A DNA stretch of 57,955 nucleotides, filler included, from Platydemus manokwari (Eukaryota), in assembly GCA_037951405.1 (NCBI GenBank). It is 5 parts of 5 records of this genome, joined end to end, with 100 filler letters (N's around TTAATTAATTAA, not from the genome) between each part and the next. Parts side by side here need not be neighbours in the genome. Positions count along the whole stretch, not along the records: positions 11,404 to 21,335 come from JBBMOY011187766.1; positions 21,436 to 32,213 come from JBBMOY011106220.1; 3 more parts are not named here. One strand, 5' to 3'. Below are positions 13,710 through 27,892 of the stretch, one piece after another. A program made the position numbers and the translations under genes. The notes under the pieces are model-generated. The model was not told the origin of the DNA and did no database searches. It was given only the letters and a program-made list of their open reading frames with translations. Position 1 is the first letter of the stretch. Each line of letters starts with the position of its first letter.

Positions 13710-14080
13710 ACGTTTATCGATGGTTCTCGGAAAGTTCACTGGTGGAACAGATGTTGCATCAATTGTAATAACCTCATTATTTGGAAAATACATTCATTAA
13801 TATAGAGGAAAATTCTCAATGTTAATTTATGGATCATATACGATACGAAATAAATTAGCCCTTAAACCAATTGCAAGAGAGGCAATGGTGATAAGAATTA
13901 TGTTGAAAGTAATATAAATTAAAGAAATCGATAGTTGTCATAACAATTGACTTTTGTAGAATCGAATTGTTTGATATTTCTGATTTGAAATACTCTCACC
14001 AAAATAAAATGTGATAAAGGTTCATATTGGATGAAATAATAGCAAACGAATTAGCAAATTGTATAATATAAAGCTGGTTT
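13710..14080 (+). mobile_element. Highly degraded RNase H domain, probably from a non-LTR retrotransposon
   Basis: Motifs in the expected order across frameshifts: FIDGSRK (YTDGS), ISDLKY (SDS.Y), IKVHIG..ANELAN (VKGH.G..GNE.AD). Confidence 0.4.
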
Positions 14081-14783
14081 GTTAATGAATTTGATCGTAA
14101 TTAGAGACACATGAAAGTGATGGATGATTGAATATTTTGGATCCAAGAAATGCATTAAAAATAGATTTTATGTTGTTCATGTTTGATGTTGTGTCGAATC
14201 CTTATATTGATAAATTCTGGAGGTTTAATTTATCCACTCATGTTGTCTGATAAAGTGGGATCCTGACAATTCATTGGATCTTATATTGAACTTCCGACGA
14301 CTAATATGTTCGCCATTATCTGGTTTGATTTATGATCTGACAAAGAATTTTCATTGCCCATTTATCAAAAGGGACTATTTGATTCTGGTTAGGCAGAAAT
14401 AACGTTCTTTGTTGTTGTTATAAATCATTGGAATATTTTTGTTTTGAAATTCTTACTTAATCACATAATAATGATACGAAATTATTATAATTAATTTCAA
14501 CTTTTTAAAAATGTTTCAATAACTGATATCACCCGAATCAATATTTATTTGCTTAAATAAAAAAGTTATCAAATCTTGCTAATGGGAACTAAATTAATTT
14601 CTAGAAATAATAAACCATATTATTTAATTGTTCTTCAATGACGATGAGAGGGTAAAAGGAAATTTTCAATTATCCCACTTATAGTTTCTAAAAGTTAAAC
14701 AGTCTTCTGTTTAATTGAGAAACTTTTTTAACTTTATTATGATTTCTCATTATAATAAATGTCATTGGAATATATTGGTATAA

Positions 14784-15361
14784 AATAGAATATCACCATA
14801 AAATACCGTTATAAAATGTTGTTATAAAATATTGATACACGTTGTCACCATATAATATTGCTCTAGACTATTACTAGAAAATATTGCTTGAGAATATCAC
14901 TATAAAACATAGACATAAAATATCGTTATGGAATATTGTTATAAAATTTCGCTACAGAATATCACTATAAAATATCGCTATAAAATATAATTATAGAATA
15001 TCGCTATAGAACATCGCCTTCAATATTGATACACAATGTCACCATATAATATTACTCTAGAATATGACTATGAAATATCGCTTTAGAATATCACTATAAA
15101 ACATAGCTCTAAAATATCGTTACAAAATATTGTTATAAAATATCGCTACAGAATATTACTATAAAATATCGTTATAAAATATCACTATAAAATATCAATG
15201 TAGAATATCACTGTAGAATATCGCCATGATATATCATTATGAAGTATCACTATAAAATATCACCATAAAATATCGTTATAAAATATTGATACAGAATGTC
15301 ACCATATAATATTACTCTAGAATATTAATATGAAATATCGCTTTAGAACATTACTATAGAA
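14784..15361. repeat. 12-bp minisatellite (consensus ~AATATCRCTATA) with higher-order blocks
   Basis: Dozens of 12-nt units; the block GATACACAATGTCACCATATAATATTACTCTAGA recurs near 14834, 15028 and 15288. Confidence 0.85.
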
Positions 15362-17889
15362 CATGGATTTCCAACGTGGGCGCTGCAAGGATCTAGAGGG
15401 TCGGTGGTGAATATAAGTTCCTTCGTGGTTGATAATACTATAAGAATGTAAGAAAATGATTATTAAAAATGTTGATGTATCTCGTTTGCTCAAAAAGCTT
15501 AATTTGTCTTTAAACAATGTACTGTACGTTCTCACTAATTAATAATGAAGTCTCAATCGCGTACTGGTTGTGCGCTTTATCGGTTGCAACACCGAAGTCT
15601 GGTAGTAGAGCGGTAGTATTTCTGGGATTCCCCGTAATGATTAACTGAAATAAAACTAAAAGAAAGGTTAGTTTGTTGTGATATTACGAGAAGTTAAAAT
15701 TAAGTAACAAACAGTACAACTGGAATTGGCAAGTATTAAATATTTTGTAATAATAATAAGCCCTTTACAATTAATAATGTGAAGTTTATTGAATATATCA
15801 GAATTTTAATTTACTTTTTACAAAAATATGTCTGAAAATACCTCTATATAAATTTTATTTCTCCATAGATAATAATGGCTCGAACAAAGAAAAAATGTCG
15901 ACAATATAATAAGGAATATTTGAAATACGAATTTATCGAATCGCCTGCAAATATTAAATTACCAATGTGCCTTATTTGTCAAAAGGTTTTATCAAACGAA
16001 GCGATGAAGCCTTCGAGATTACAAGAACATTTGAATAAAATCCATGGTGATAAAGAGAATAAATATTTATCTATTTTTCAAACATTGAAAGAAAAATTTA
16101 TTAAACAACCGACATTGGCAAAACTCTTTTCAAATGTTAACAATGGACATGACGATGGCTTGCTTGCTAGCTACAACATTTCATTAATGATTGCGAAACC
16201 TTGAAAACCGCATACCATTGCCGAAGAACTAATAGTACCAACCATAAGTGAAGTAATACGTACTGTTCTGCATAAGCCAGTATTTGATATTATCAAGAAA
16301 ATTTCTTTGAGTAATAATACAGTGCAAAGAAGAATTGATGAAATGGCGGAAAATGTTGAAAACTTATTATGTGGATATCTAAAAACATCTCGTTTCTCTA
16401 TTTAACTAGAAGAGTCAACTTTGCCAGGTAATGAAGCTTTGCTTTTAGCATACGTGAAATTCATAAAGGAAGAACATAAATGTCAAGAGTTCTTATTTGC
16501 AAAATATTTGCCAATCGATACCAAAGGAACTTCAATATTTCATACAATGGACGAATTTTTTAAAGCAAAAGAAATGACTCTGAGTAATATTTTATCAGTG
16601 ACCACGGATGGTGCTCCAGCGATGATTGGACGCTTCAAAGGCTTTCTTGCATATTTGAAAAAGGAGGTACCGAATGTATTCACAGCCCACTGTGTTATTC
16701 ATCATCAGCACCTAGTTGCCAAAAATTTAAGTGCTTCCCTACATAATTCATTACAATATGTAATTAAAGCTGTCAAAACAATTCCGAGTAAATCATTGAA
16801 TGACAGATTATTTAAACAGCTTTGTATTGAAAAAGATGAAGAATTCAATCGTTTGCTGCTTTATACAGAAGTTCGGTGGTTGTCAAAAGGAATCTTTCTA
16901 GATATGTTTCACAAACTGTTTAACTCGATGCTGCAGTTCTTGGAAGATAAAGATGATGTATTACGATCCAATTTAATTCAAACCAAAAGTGTCATCGCTT
17001 ACTTGACAGACTTATTCCATAAATTTAATGAAACCAATCTTCAGTTTTAAGGTGATGAGGTGAATTTAATAAAAACAAAATCGGTTATATCTGTATTTGT
17101 TGCAAAACTACTCTTGTACAAGCAAAACCTTGAACGAGGGGAAATCAGACAGTTCCCAAATTTAGCAGGAGCAGAAAGTAAAATTGAAAACATGTTATCC
17201 TATTGTTAGCACTTGGATGCTCTACATTTAGATTTTAGTCAACGATTTGATGATATTTTGAAAATGAATGTGTCAGATTGGATTTTATATCCATTTTCAA
17301 CTGGAAATACAGCAGAATCTCCACAAATGCAAGAAGAATTGATGAAAGCAAGTACCAATGATGAGTTAATATTTAAATTCAAAAGCGGTTACCGAAAATT
17401 CTGGTTATAAAAGGAAATCTCTACAGCTTATATTGATGCATGGGCTATAGTTCAAAAGTTCCTCATTGCATTTCCTTCATCATATCTGGTAGAGCGTGGT
17501 TTCAATGCAGTACCCAATTTGTTAACCAAAAACAGAATCCGCTTGAAGATAGTCAATTGGGGTGATTTAAGGTTACTTCTGACGAAAATAGAGCCCAAAG
17601 TTACCAGATGGGTAGCAGCACACCAGGTTCATCTTTCTGATTAACATAATTTCGAGTTTTTGTATTAAAATATATTCTAAGTGCAATAAATATGTTCTTA
17701 CTTTCAAAATACATTGTTTCTACCTAATTTATATATCTTTTAATATTTAATGAAAAGATAGTAACATTAAGATTTTTTTATAAATTGTAACTTAAAGTTT
17801 AAAAAAATTGGTGTGGGTTAGTTTGTGTGGACTAAGTAATATTTATTCTGAAAAGGCGGTGGTACGCCCGAAAGGTTTTGGAATCACTG
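15362..17889 (+). mobile_element. hAT DNA transposon, Buster/Charlie group, near full length
   Basis: Right end reverse-complements to CAGTGATTCCAAAAC; degenerate left end CATGGATTTCCAAC; flanking 8-mers CTATAGAA / CTTTATAG both fit the nnnTAnnn Buster target; contains a full transposase frame. Confidence 0.85.
15875..17644 (+). pseudogene. Buster-type hAT transposase pseudogene (SCAND3/ZBED-like), 589 codons, five in-frame stops, no frameshift
   Basis: BED-type finger CLIC..MKPSRL..HL..H, FSI*LEEST, TDGAPAM, HCVIH, VRWLSKG, FPSSYLVERGF, C-terminal QVHLSD*; stops at 16202, 16403, 17048, 17207, 17408. Confidence 0.92.
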
Positions 17890-18000
17890 CTTTATAGAAA
17901 TAGTAGTTGCTTACAATTTCCATATTAATATATTAACATGATAAAAGTTTAAATCTTAAAAATACATTATTGAATAAAGATAAAGATGTGTTATATTTAC

Positions 18001-20935
18001 CAGTTTGGATTCATCCATCGGCGAGGCTGAATAAGTTGCACACATTGTTGAAGGACATCTTTCGGCAAACAATGGTGATTGGTTTTCAGGTGAAATGCTA
18101 CTAACGCTTATCACATAAATTGATGACACGTACCCATCACAACTACAAGCATCTTCATAATAACCACCATTTCCCGATGCCCAGACAAATATGCTACCTT
18201 TTCCATTTCTTCCCTGAAATAGTCTTGTATATACGAAATCATATTGTAGCTATATATATAATTAAACATTAATTAATAGAATAATTGATCGTATTCCTTT
18301 TTCCAGCATGTTATTATAACATTTCTGCTCGATATCTGTTAAGGTCACTATGTCACACTGCTTGAAGGAATCATGTAGTTCATGTAGAATCAATGCAGGA
18401 GGTAGTATACAGGATATCAATTTACGAATGATTTTATTCTAAAACAAGCAGACCCAACCAAAGTTAATGCAATTTATCCCCTCCTTAATCAGGTGTACTC
18501 AAATTTCCGGATTTATCAGAATTCGTCTATTAGACTCAAAATTGGGAAATACCGCTTTCTCACCATGTGCATTACAGAAAGAAACTACAGGAAATCACAA
18601 AGACTGATATCGATAATTATTCACTTCAGGTTACCGAGCTTAGACAACCCAATTCAACTTCAAAGGAAGATGATCGAATGAATTCTCAGCTCACTGTGAT
18701 TTCTCCTCTTATTCTTTCTATGTACGTGTGTGTACGTAAGTGAGTTATGCTTGGACTACGCAGAAAATTACTTTGTCCTATTATCTTTTCAATAACTAAT
18801 TTTAAAATATGTTATATTAGAACGAATCTACATTATTAAAATTGTTCTTAAAATTCCAAAAATAAACTGCAACAATAATTTTTTGAGATATTAAAACTAA
18901 ATTAAAAATAAAATGATCGATGAGGTTATATTGAGGTTATTTTTTGATGAATTAATGAAATATTATTTTATAAAAACGATTACAAATGAAGTTCCTCGAG
19001 CTAATGCTTCTCTAGTAAGTACACCAGGCTTCTCCATAGTTTTGCCATTATCAGTTGGTCCCCAACTAGCACTATAAATATCAATGTAGTTGTTGTTGAA
19101 TCCAATAGATTTCGCTTCAAGTAAATCGTTGACAGTACCATCAAGAATTCTAATTCCTATAATAAATGATGTTCATGGTCGATATTATTAATCAATAATA
19201 TTATATTTATATTAATTTAACCTATAATTAGAACCGGAATAATATTTTATTTCGATCATCTTTTTTGCAGATTATTATTGTTATTAATCCTTGTGAATTC
19301 TTTTCTTGTGGCTTTCTATTTTGTAGCGACTTATGTAGTTGCTGGTATGAAAATATTTTCAAAATTGCTTGTACATTATTGGAATTTTAAATATATCACG
19401 CCACACATGAAACAGTTGGAAGAAGGTTAGAGCTGGAAACAGGTATTGTTATTGAAGAAATCGAATATTATTTTTAGCAGTTCATTAATGTGAGGATCAT
19501 TGGCTATATACACAAGTTAAACACTGAACAAAAGCGTAGAGAAACTTATTAGCAAAATTAATAAGGCATCACAAAATTTAGTCTGTATTTTCACTTAGTT
19601 GAAATCGACATATGAAATGATATGACAAACAAAAACATTTATTGCTCTACGACTCAAGAGTGAATAGTCATAAATTATTTAGAATATCTGACAATTCTGA
19701 TCTAACAAAATAACATTGAAATATTTCCATTTAATTTGTGTTTCGACACACTTAAGTGATGGGGATCTGGACTATTTTTCATTAAATCAATACAGGCAGG
19801 TTAATTTTTCATCCGTTAAGTAGTTATGAAGTCGATGATCAAAGTAACCAATCAGATTCGAAAGTTTTTGGTGGTGTGTATATGAGTTGTAATTTTCTAA
19901 ATTTCGATCAAGTTGACAAAAAATTCTCGATAAGCATAACCGATGTCTTCTCTGGCAAATTAGCAAAAAACGGCTACAGCGACTCAGTCATCACTTTTAT
20001 TTAGGTATTGATTTCGAAGTGGTCATGAAAAGATTAAAATAGTTCAGTCAAATGTGTAAAACTCTGAACACTTAAGTGATACAAGAGCTATTTAATCGAC
20101 ACGACTATATTTATTGTAAATTCTTACCATATACAGGTCAACTTCAAAATTGATTTACATTGAATGTTTTGAGTTGTTTTGAAATTCATATTAATGTATT
20201 GTCTTCAAATAATTATTCAAATTCGAAAGACGATTGTTTCAAACAAATTAAATAAAGACAAAAAAACGTTGAAAATAATTTTTCATCACCTCCTATTTTT
20301 GAATTGTATGCTACTCCAACACCGCAAAAATTATTGTTGGGTTTCATTACGATTTCCGATGCGCATCGAGTTCCATGCCTGTGGAGAAATGAGAAAAATA
20401 ATGATATATCGACGATAGTCAAATTTATCTTTAAACAAGCAGGAATGTTCAGAAATTCTGGAAAATCAGGATTTATCTAATATTTTCTTTCATTTATTTT
20501 TATAATTTAGTCTTCTGTGACAATACATGCATCTCATTCATTTCATTAATTTATTTCAGAATGATGTGTATTACCTGGATGTTATGAAGCTTTCAAAAGA
20601 AATTAAAATATACCACTGAACAACAATTTTCTTTATTATTTCATTGTGGTTGCCGTTGTGCTTCATACAATATCATAATATAAATATAAATATTTAAAAC
20701 AACTCCTTCAAATATTTTCATCCTCATTGAAATATTTGTACCGTTTTAAACATTCTGGTTAAAACAACCTACTCATTACTTGTTCCAGGAGCCGTGTTAG
20801 GCGTGGGATCATCATCATTGTCGTTTAAATCTGTGCTACATAATGGGTCCTTAATTACAAAATAAAGATTAAATCACTTCATTATCATCTTACTAACATA
20901 ATTATCCTTTATATCTCTGTGATTGTGCTCCAGAC
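18001..20935 (-). CDS. Kexin/furin-family proprotein convertase (peptidase S8B), five internal exons, partial
   Basis: Exons 20935-20898 ([13 protein letters not shown]), 20849-20773 ([19 protein letters not shown]), 20378-20290 ([30 protein letters not shown]), 19156-18984 ([28 protein letters not shown]..), 18213-18001 ([35 protein letters not shown]); all GT..AG with matching phases. Catalytic His and oxyanion Asn present; catalytic Asp and Ser exons not found in this contig. Confidence 0.93.
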
Positions 20936-21039
20936 CTTAAATCGTTCTGATAAGTTATAGCAAATGATTATCAAATAATATTGAATTGACAATTATAATT
21001 TAGCAGGATGGTTTATTCGAGTTATAAGTAATCAAGTAG

Positions 21040-21300
21040 GTGAATGAAGGGAATATCTGGTAACATTTGAATTGTAGATGATTTAAAGTACACTTCTAAA
21101 GACTCATATTGTCAGTATCAACGAAAATTATTTTCCTAACGACATACCTTTAAATTAATGTGTCATTTCTGATTTCAAATACTTACGATTCATTATCTAT
21201 AACACTGACAATTGTTGCATGAGGTATTACCAGAACATAATTGGCAGGATATCCTTATTTTATTAGGTTGTCCCATATGAAATGTCCGATTTTCATGCAC
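21040..21300 (-). mobile_element. Very degraded LINE RT remnant
   Basis: IWDNLIK*GYPANYVLVI resembles LW..L...G.P...I..I, followed by VRKIIFVD resembling IRELLFADD. Confidence 0.3.
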
Positions 21301-21335
21301 ATATTTGAAGAAGCATAACTCATAAGAAAATATTT

Positions 21336-21435
21336 NNNNNNNNNNNNNNNNNNNNNNNNNNNNNNNNNNNNNNNNNNNNTTAATTAATTAANNNNNNNNN
21401 NNNNNNNNNNNNNNNNNNNNNNNNNNNNNNNNNNN
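21336..21435. other. Assembly spacer N44-TTAATTAATTAA-N44
   Basis: Same structure as 11304-11403. Confidence 0.97.
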
Positions 21436-21776
21436 ATAATTGTCTCGGTTACGCATGAGTGCATATTGATCGCAATTACCACTTTTAAGGGATTTATTGA
21501 GCTAAATATTTTAACCAAGATCTCATTCGATAATTTTTGATTATATTTTTAATTATAATAATGCCATTTATCATTATTTGGAATAATTGTCTCGGTTACG
21601 CATGAGTGCATATTGATCGCAATTACCACTTTTAAGGGATTTATTGAGCTAAATATTTTGACCAAGATCTCATTGGATAATTTTTGATTATTTTTGATTA
21701 TATTTTTATTTATAATAATGGCATTTATCATTATTTGGAATAATTGTCTTGGTCTCGCATGAGTGCATATTGATCT
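21436..21776. repeat. ~147-157-bp tandem repeat (satellite-like), 2.2 copies at contig edge
   Basis: ATAATTGTCTCGGTTACGCATGAGTGCATATTGATC starts at 21436, 21583 and (variant) 21740. Confidence 0.9.
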
Positions 21777-22889
21777 TAGTTAGATAAATGTATTTTATTA
21801 TCATTGGATAGATTATTTATGAAATTTGCGGATACTAAATGATGTCAGTACATTTAATGAGTCGTCGATGTCATTTTATAAGTTTGGAGAGTGTCACTGT
21901 TCATTAATGGAAATTTTTACTGTTCTACTTGATTTGTTATTGTTTATTGGTTTTATTTTGTGATTTATTTCTCATTACTTCATCGTGATATATAAAAGAG
22001 AAAAACTTATTTAGTTCGCATGACTGATCACTAATGATCTCAAATTATTGATTATTATTATTATTTGTTTTTGTTTTACTATAATGATTAATGTAGTATT
22101 TGTAATAATTATTCATCATTATTATTAATCTTAGATTTTTTTTAATTATTATTTTCTATTAAGAGCAAATAAAAATGTTATTATATATATACCATTATTA
22201 ATGAATTATTATTAATCTGTAATTTCTGAACTATCACTGATCTATTATTGGTGTGGGAATATGGAATAATTATCGAGATTTTGTTAATGATATTTATTGA
22301 GATCCGATTAGCATATAAGTGATGAAATTAAAATATTTATTGATTTTATAGTCCATATTTGATCCTTGAACGAGGTTGATGAGTCTAAATGATGATTTAT
22401 CAGATAATAGTGAAGTTCAATAATAATTATTAAATTGATGTAGGCCAAATTGATCATAGATTTATACTGATTATTATCAAACAACGTGCGTAATTTTCAG
22501 ATCAGAACCATTCGTATTGATTTGCGGTATGTCATTGCATCCCACATACATCTCATCATGGTTTATCTCTATTTTTTCGTGATATCCTTTGCTGAGAGTT
22601 GATTATATGAAATATTTTTCATTGCCTTGTGGATAGAATGTTCAAACAATATACAATATTGACAATTATACTTCTTCCATTGATAATAGTGGGCAACTGT
22701 ATGAAATTATCTTATCCCAAACTCTTGGTTTTTCCAATACAATTCCAATGACTTAATGTACTAAATGACCTTGATGATAATAATGATATTATATATGAGT
22801 CTCCTATATGAGCAATAGGATTGTGTTTATTCAATTTCTTTATAATATCATTATATATAATCAATTTATTTCTATACTCAACAATACAT

Positions 22890-23130
22890 TAGACCTTATT
22901 GGCATTCGACCAATTTGGAATACCTTTTTATTGACATTTGATTGGCTTTACAAGTTAACTAGGTGTAGAATGCGAATCGGTTGTCATTTCAGTATGATTG
23001 TGAGTAATGATATTAATATCATTAGTTGGTAATAATTTTTCTTTGATGGCTCCAAAAGTAAATTAGCATTTCTTTATGCTTTTAAATTGCCAGAATATCT
23101 ACCAGATTCCCGTTGATATATTAATTTTCT
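22890..23130 (-). mobile_element. Degraded LINE RT thumb remnant
   Basis: FGAIKEKLL..DI....LVKPI...GIPNWS resembles AFG.L...L...I...V.P.L.YG...W of RTE-like elements. Confidence 0.3.
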
Positions 23131-26100
23131 TTTTTTTCGACAAAATCATATAATTCTAGATGGTATTATATGTCGTATATTTTCATTCATTTTTACATTG
23201 CTAAAAGAGATCTTTTGATTTTTGTGTTTCGGATTTATAATTGTTTTGATTTTCAATTCATTTGTTAATACTAAAAATATCATTTAAGAATAACTGTTAT
23301 AAAGATTATTATTAATAATATATTTAAAAATCATTTTATAATCTTTTATATACAACTCAATTTATTCGTTGATGTTTATGAAGTACGTCAAGTTGTGGAC
23401 TTGAAAATATTTATGTTATATTTAATTTAATGATATTATTTAAATTCCTATGATATATGTATAATTATCCGTTTATCATTTAAAACCATTCATATATAGC
23501 CATCTTGTCAAAGCTAACAAATTGAATATTAGTAAAATATAATATTGCCTATCTATGCCTAATAATCTCCAAATAAATCTTATCTTTTGTCTGATACATG
23601 TAAAATCTAATAATTAAAAACAGTGCGAAATGGCAGAAAAATTCCAAGGAGTTCACAAGTTTGATAAAACTTTCGATATAGAGAACATTAAAAGAAATAA
23701 ATTCAATTTTTTTAGATATATTTGAGGGATAAATTGCTAATTTTGTGGAATACAATGTGATAGAATAAAAATGATGTTTATTGCCAGTCCCTATGTTCAG
23801 ATAGTCATATGATTTTTAAAATATCCTAATTTCAATATCCAATGATTTATTTTTGAAAACCCGACATAATAATTATAACATTAACATAGGAACATTTCTA
23901 ACTCTAATCAACTCATAATGCTTCCAAATGTATAAATCACATTACGACATACAAACATAATGGTGAATATTGTAGTGACAGTTTTAAACTTCCAGGGCTA
24001 TGAAATGTATAAGTTTTCGTCTGACGAAAAACAGTACTTCAGCTTTCCTTGGACAGGAATTTTCACCATTTCGGAAAATAGAAAAATGAATTGCAGAATT
24101 TAGATTTTCATTTCACGGAAAAATCAGGTCTTTAATGATAATTCAATGACAGTTAGGTTATAATAAAAATAATCCATAAAATAGACGATTATAATTATAT
24201 TAATAATAATATTGAATAATATTGTGAATGAATAATTATTATTATATCATAATTGATATCAAATATTAATAATAAAATTGAGATATAAATCAATAATCTA
24301 TTTAGAGATTAGAAATAATCAGCTACGTCAAACAAATGTAATCTATATTGTTATATGTTTGTAATTTCGAAATACTATTTGTAAAAACAAAGTCACTAAT
24401 AACAAATTTTGGTGTTAATTATTTGTAAAAATTGATGATAATCTATCTCTATATGGAAACATGCAGGAAAATTGTGTAGAAATATTTGCTTTGAAGTGCA
24501 TCATGCAGATTGCATCATTAGTGTGGGTGTTCGTAGAGTTTTCCTTGGCACTGCTTGAATAATTGACGATCACCAATTTGGATCACTTTAAATATTTCTC
24601 TTTTCATCTCTTTATATTCAATAAATTGTATTTATTTTATTGCTCATATCAATTATATTTTGCTTGACAATTATATTTTGGTCAACGATAATCTTAAAGG
24701 TTTTTGTTTTAGGATTTTATTTCAAATATTCCCATTATTAATAAAATATTTCACTGCAGTATTATCTGAAAATAACTCGCCGTTTTAAATAATCATATTC
24801 AATGTAATAATCATCGCAATCCAGCATCATATGTTTGTTTGATTCATCAAAGATATATTCTCATTTTTTATAAGATTAATAAATATTTATATATGTGTGT
24901 TCCCGTTAATATTTTCAAGTTTTTAATCATGTCAAACTCAAATATTTCACAAGGATCTTTGTTTGTTTTCGATTTTTTAGTTTTCTGTAAAAAATTAATT
25001 CTTTATTACAGACGGAAATATGTTTTAAATCCATTATTACCTACATTAGTTTAGATTATTCCTCGATGTAATATCAATGACTGCCTCGCTTCTAATAAAA
25101 CAATCATATGAATTTGTGACTAGTTTCGATTATTTATTTATTATATTAATTCCCTATTTATTCAAATAATTGTTTTTAAAATATTTATTTTTATGTTGTT
25201 GAAGGAAAATTTCCTTAGGTGAGTAGATAAACGAATAAGTTTCAACTAAAGAATAACAGAAACAATATAGAATTCAATGTGACTATTGCGTTACCCAATA
25301 GCAGAATCACACGTAGTGTAAAAGTTGTTGAACGATTGAGAATAATATGACCAATCCGTTAAATTTGTTTTCAGTCCAATAATAGGAAATTATTATCAAA
25401 GTTTAGCAAATATAATGGTTTATGATATTAATGGTGTTATTAATATTGATAATATCCAATTATAAATTTGGAGTCGATTTGATGGTTTATGTTCCGAAAT
25501 ATTGGTGGAATATAGAGATCCTTTTATCCACAAGAAAAATATTTATTTACGTTGTGGTTTGTTTTGAAGATTTTTCTTATAATCGTTTCGTACAATTTTC
25601 ATTTCTCTTACTCAATCATGAAATAAATATGTCATTATATTATAAATAAAATAAAATGTGTTTGTAAATCATTTTTCCAAAATTGAGATGGGGTGCTTGA
25701 GACCAACCATAAAATGAACGATCAGTAATACCATATTAATATGGTCAATTGATTCATGAAATAAGCTATTTATTTTGAGAGTAACCTTCTAATTTTTATA
25801 AAATATTTCGAATAAAATCGTAGCTTATTGAGAATCGCTAAGATGTTATAAAATAATTAATATAATGATAACAACTGTGTTGTGTTCCCATTTCGGGAGT
25901 TTCAAACGATATCGCACAGTAAAACTTTATTAGATAATGTAATTATATATACCATTAAAATAGAATTGATCGATTAGTTCAGATAATGATTTTTTAATAA
26001 TAATAATCCAATAAAATATATAATTTTGCATTGAAAATATTAAAATTTCCAGTTTTTAATAGTACCATATAAAGTTGGATAATATTTCCTTTTATTTTAA

Positions 26101-27465
26101 TAAAAACTTATATTTTCTATGTACTTGCATCTTCTCGACGCAATTGGAAAAGGAAATAAATAAATAAATTTTTGATAATAGCTTTTGAAAATCGGCATTG
26201 GCAGAGATATAGGTTGATATGGATTTATAGCAAGTGCACACATTACGGTGGTAAGTGACAATGGAGTTGAGTGAAGTGGTCATGAGTGTGAATGCACACC
26301 AGTTCAAGCTAAGTATTAAGTTGTGGATTCGACATAGATAAATCGACAAAACACCGGTTTTCATGTAAACTACCTGTAAGAACAAATCATCAAACTTTAT
26401 TTGTTTTCCTCGTTGAAAATAGTCAAGATTACGAATAATTATCTTTTCAACTCTATTTTGTTATCTTTTTGCTAATAATTATTGATTTATTTTGATGAGA
26501 TTGTATTGAATAGATGGGCCTTAACGATATATAATTTTTATGATTATTATTATAATGTTCCGAATGTGTATCACTGAAAGATATACAATTTTAGTGTTTC
26601 AAACAATAGATAATCATATAATTAGTAGCACATAATAGTTATATTTATCTAATTATTGATTTTTCAAACCATCATCATAAATCCGATTTTATGGTTTCGA
26701 ATAAATATCTTTAGTAATTCAGACTCACAATTGATAATTATTTCTGTTTCACCACCACCTTAGTGCATTTATTTATCATTGATCGTTGAAACATCTAAAA
26801 TTCGAATGATCAAACGGAATAATAGAATTGTGCGTGTGCCGCACGTTGTAATTCGAAACCTTATGTTTTTTTTATTATATGAATAACTACAGCGATTGAT
26901 ATCACTAACCCTATATATTCAATATTTTTAATTTTTATTAATCTCATCAAATTTGTACTTTGATTGCATTTTCCAGACGACTTCATATATGTATAGATTT
27001 ATAATGACAGAAATATGGTGTGGCATCACATTTCATTGGTTGTCAACATCTATCATGCATCAGTAACCATGGTGATAATAATCCATGATGATTCGTCAAT
27101 GAAACATCAAAATTTATCAGTTGACATTTTCGTATGTAGTTAATTATCGATTAAATACGAGTTGAAATTTTCAATCGATTCCAGTGATAGATTTTGTTAG
27201 CTGTCACATTTTCCCATTCGGGGTGATCATAATTATTCAATGGGATCAAATTTTCTGATTAATTTTTAATCTAATGAACATCGATATGAGGTTTTTGTTA
27301 AAATTTGAAACATATTGTAAAGTATTACCATTGCAAATGACGTTCAAAATTTTTTTTTTAATCTTTGTACTATGATTGTTTTTTATAAGTCCGATTATTT
27401 TATTATTGATCTGATATTCATTTATTGATTAGACAATACGATGACGTAAAAACTTTATCTTCTAG

Positions 27466-27892
27466 AATCGAATGCAAGAATCGCTTAAGCTATTTGATTC
27501 AATTTGTAATAACAAATGGTTCACACAGACTAGCATCATTTTGTTTCTTAACAAAAAGGACTTATTTGCCGAGAAAATCAAGCGCAGCCCGCTGACAGTC
27601 TGTTTTTCCGAATATACGGGTTTGTTTTGGCGTTCTTGATCATTTTTTCGCTCTTTTCTATATTTCAACACCCTTCATTTGTTGATATCATATCATCATT
27701 CCAGGTCGCCAGACATACGAAGAAGCAGCTGCCTACATACAGGCATCATTCGAGGCAAAGAACAATTCTCCCAACAAAGAGATCTATTGTCATCAAACTT
27801 GCGCTACCGACACCAACAATATTCAATTCGTTTTTGATGCAGTCACCGATGTCATCATTGCCAATAATTTGCGTGGATGTGGCCTCTATTAA
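27466..27892 (+). CDS. GNAO1: G protein alpha-o subunit, last two coding exons (partial)
   Basis: Exon 27466-27619 ([51 protein letters not shown]), 85-nt GT..AG intron, exon 27705-27892 ([44 protein letters not shown]); NKKD and TCAT boxes and the diagnostic G-alpha-o C-terminus. Confidence 0.96.

Noticed and set aside
14784-15361. CRISPR-like array (also considered for 21436-21776 and 29430-29614)
   Set aside because: Tandem units without unique spacers, no cas genes, eukaryotic context.
15875-17644. Alternative genetic code (TAA/TAG = Gln): four of five transposase stops fall at expected Gln positions
   Set aside because: Thymosin copy 1, G-alpha-o and the transposase itself end in TAA at the expected place, intact host exons have no internal TAR, and CAR->TAR is a common transition.
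21186-21260. IVSVIDNES as the convertase catalytic-Asp exon
   Set aside because: Splice phase is incompatible with the next exon, there is an upstream in-frame stop, and context fits a decayed LINE better.
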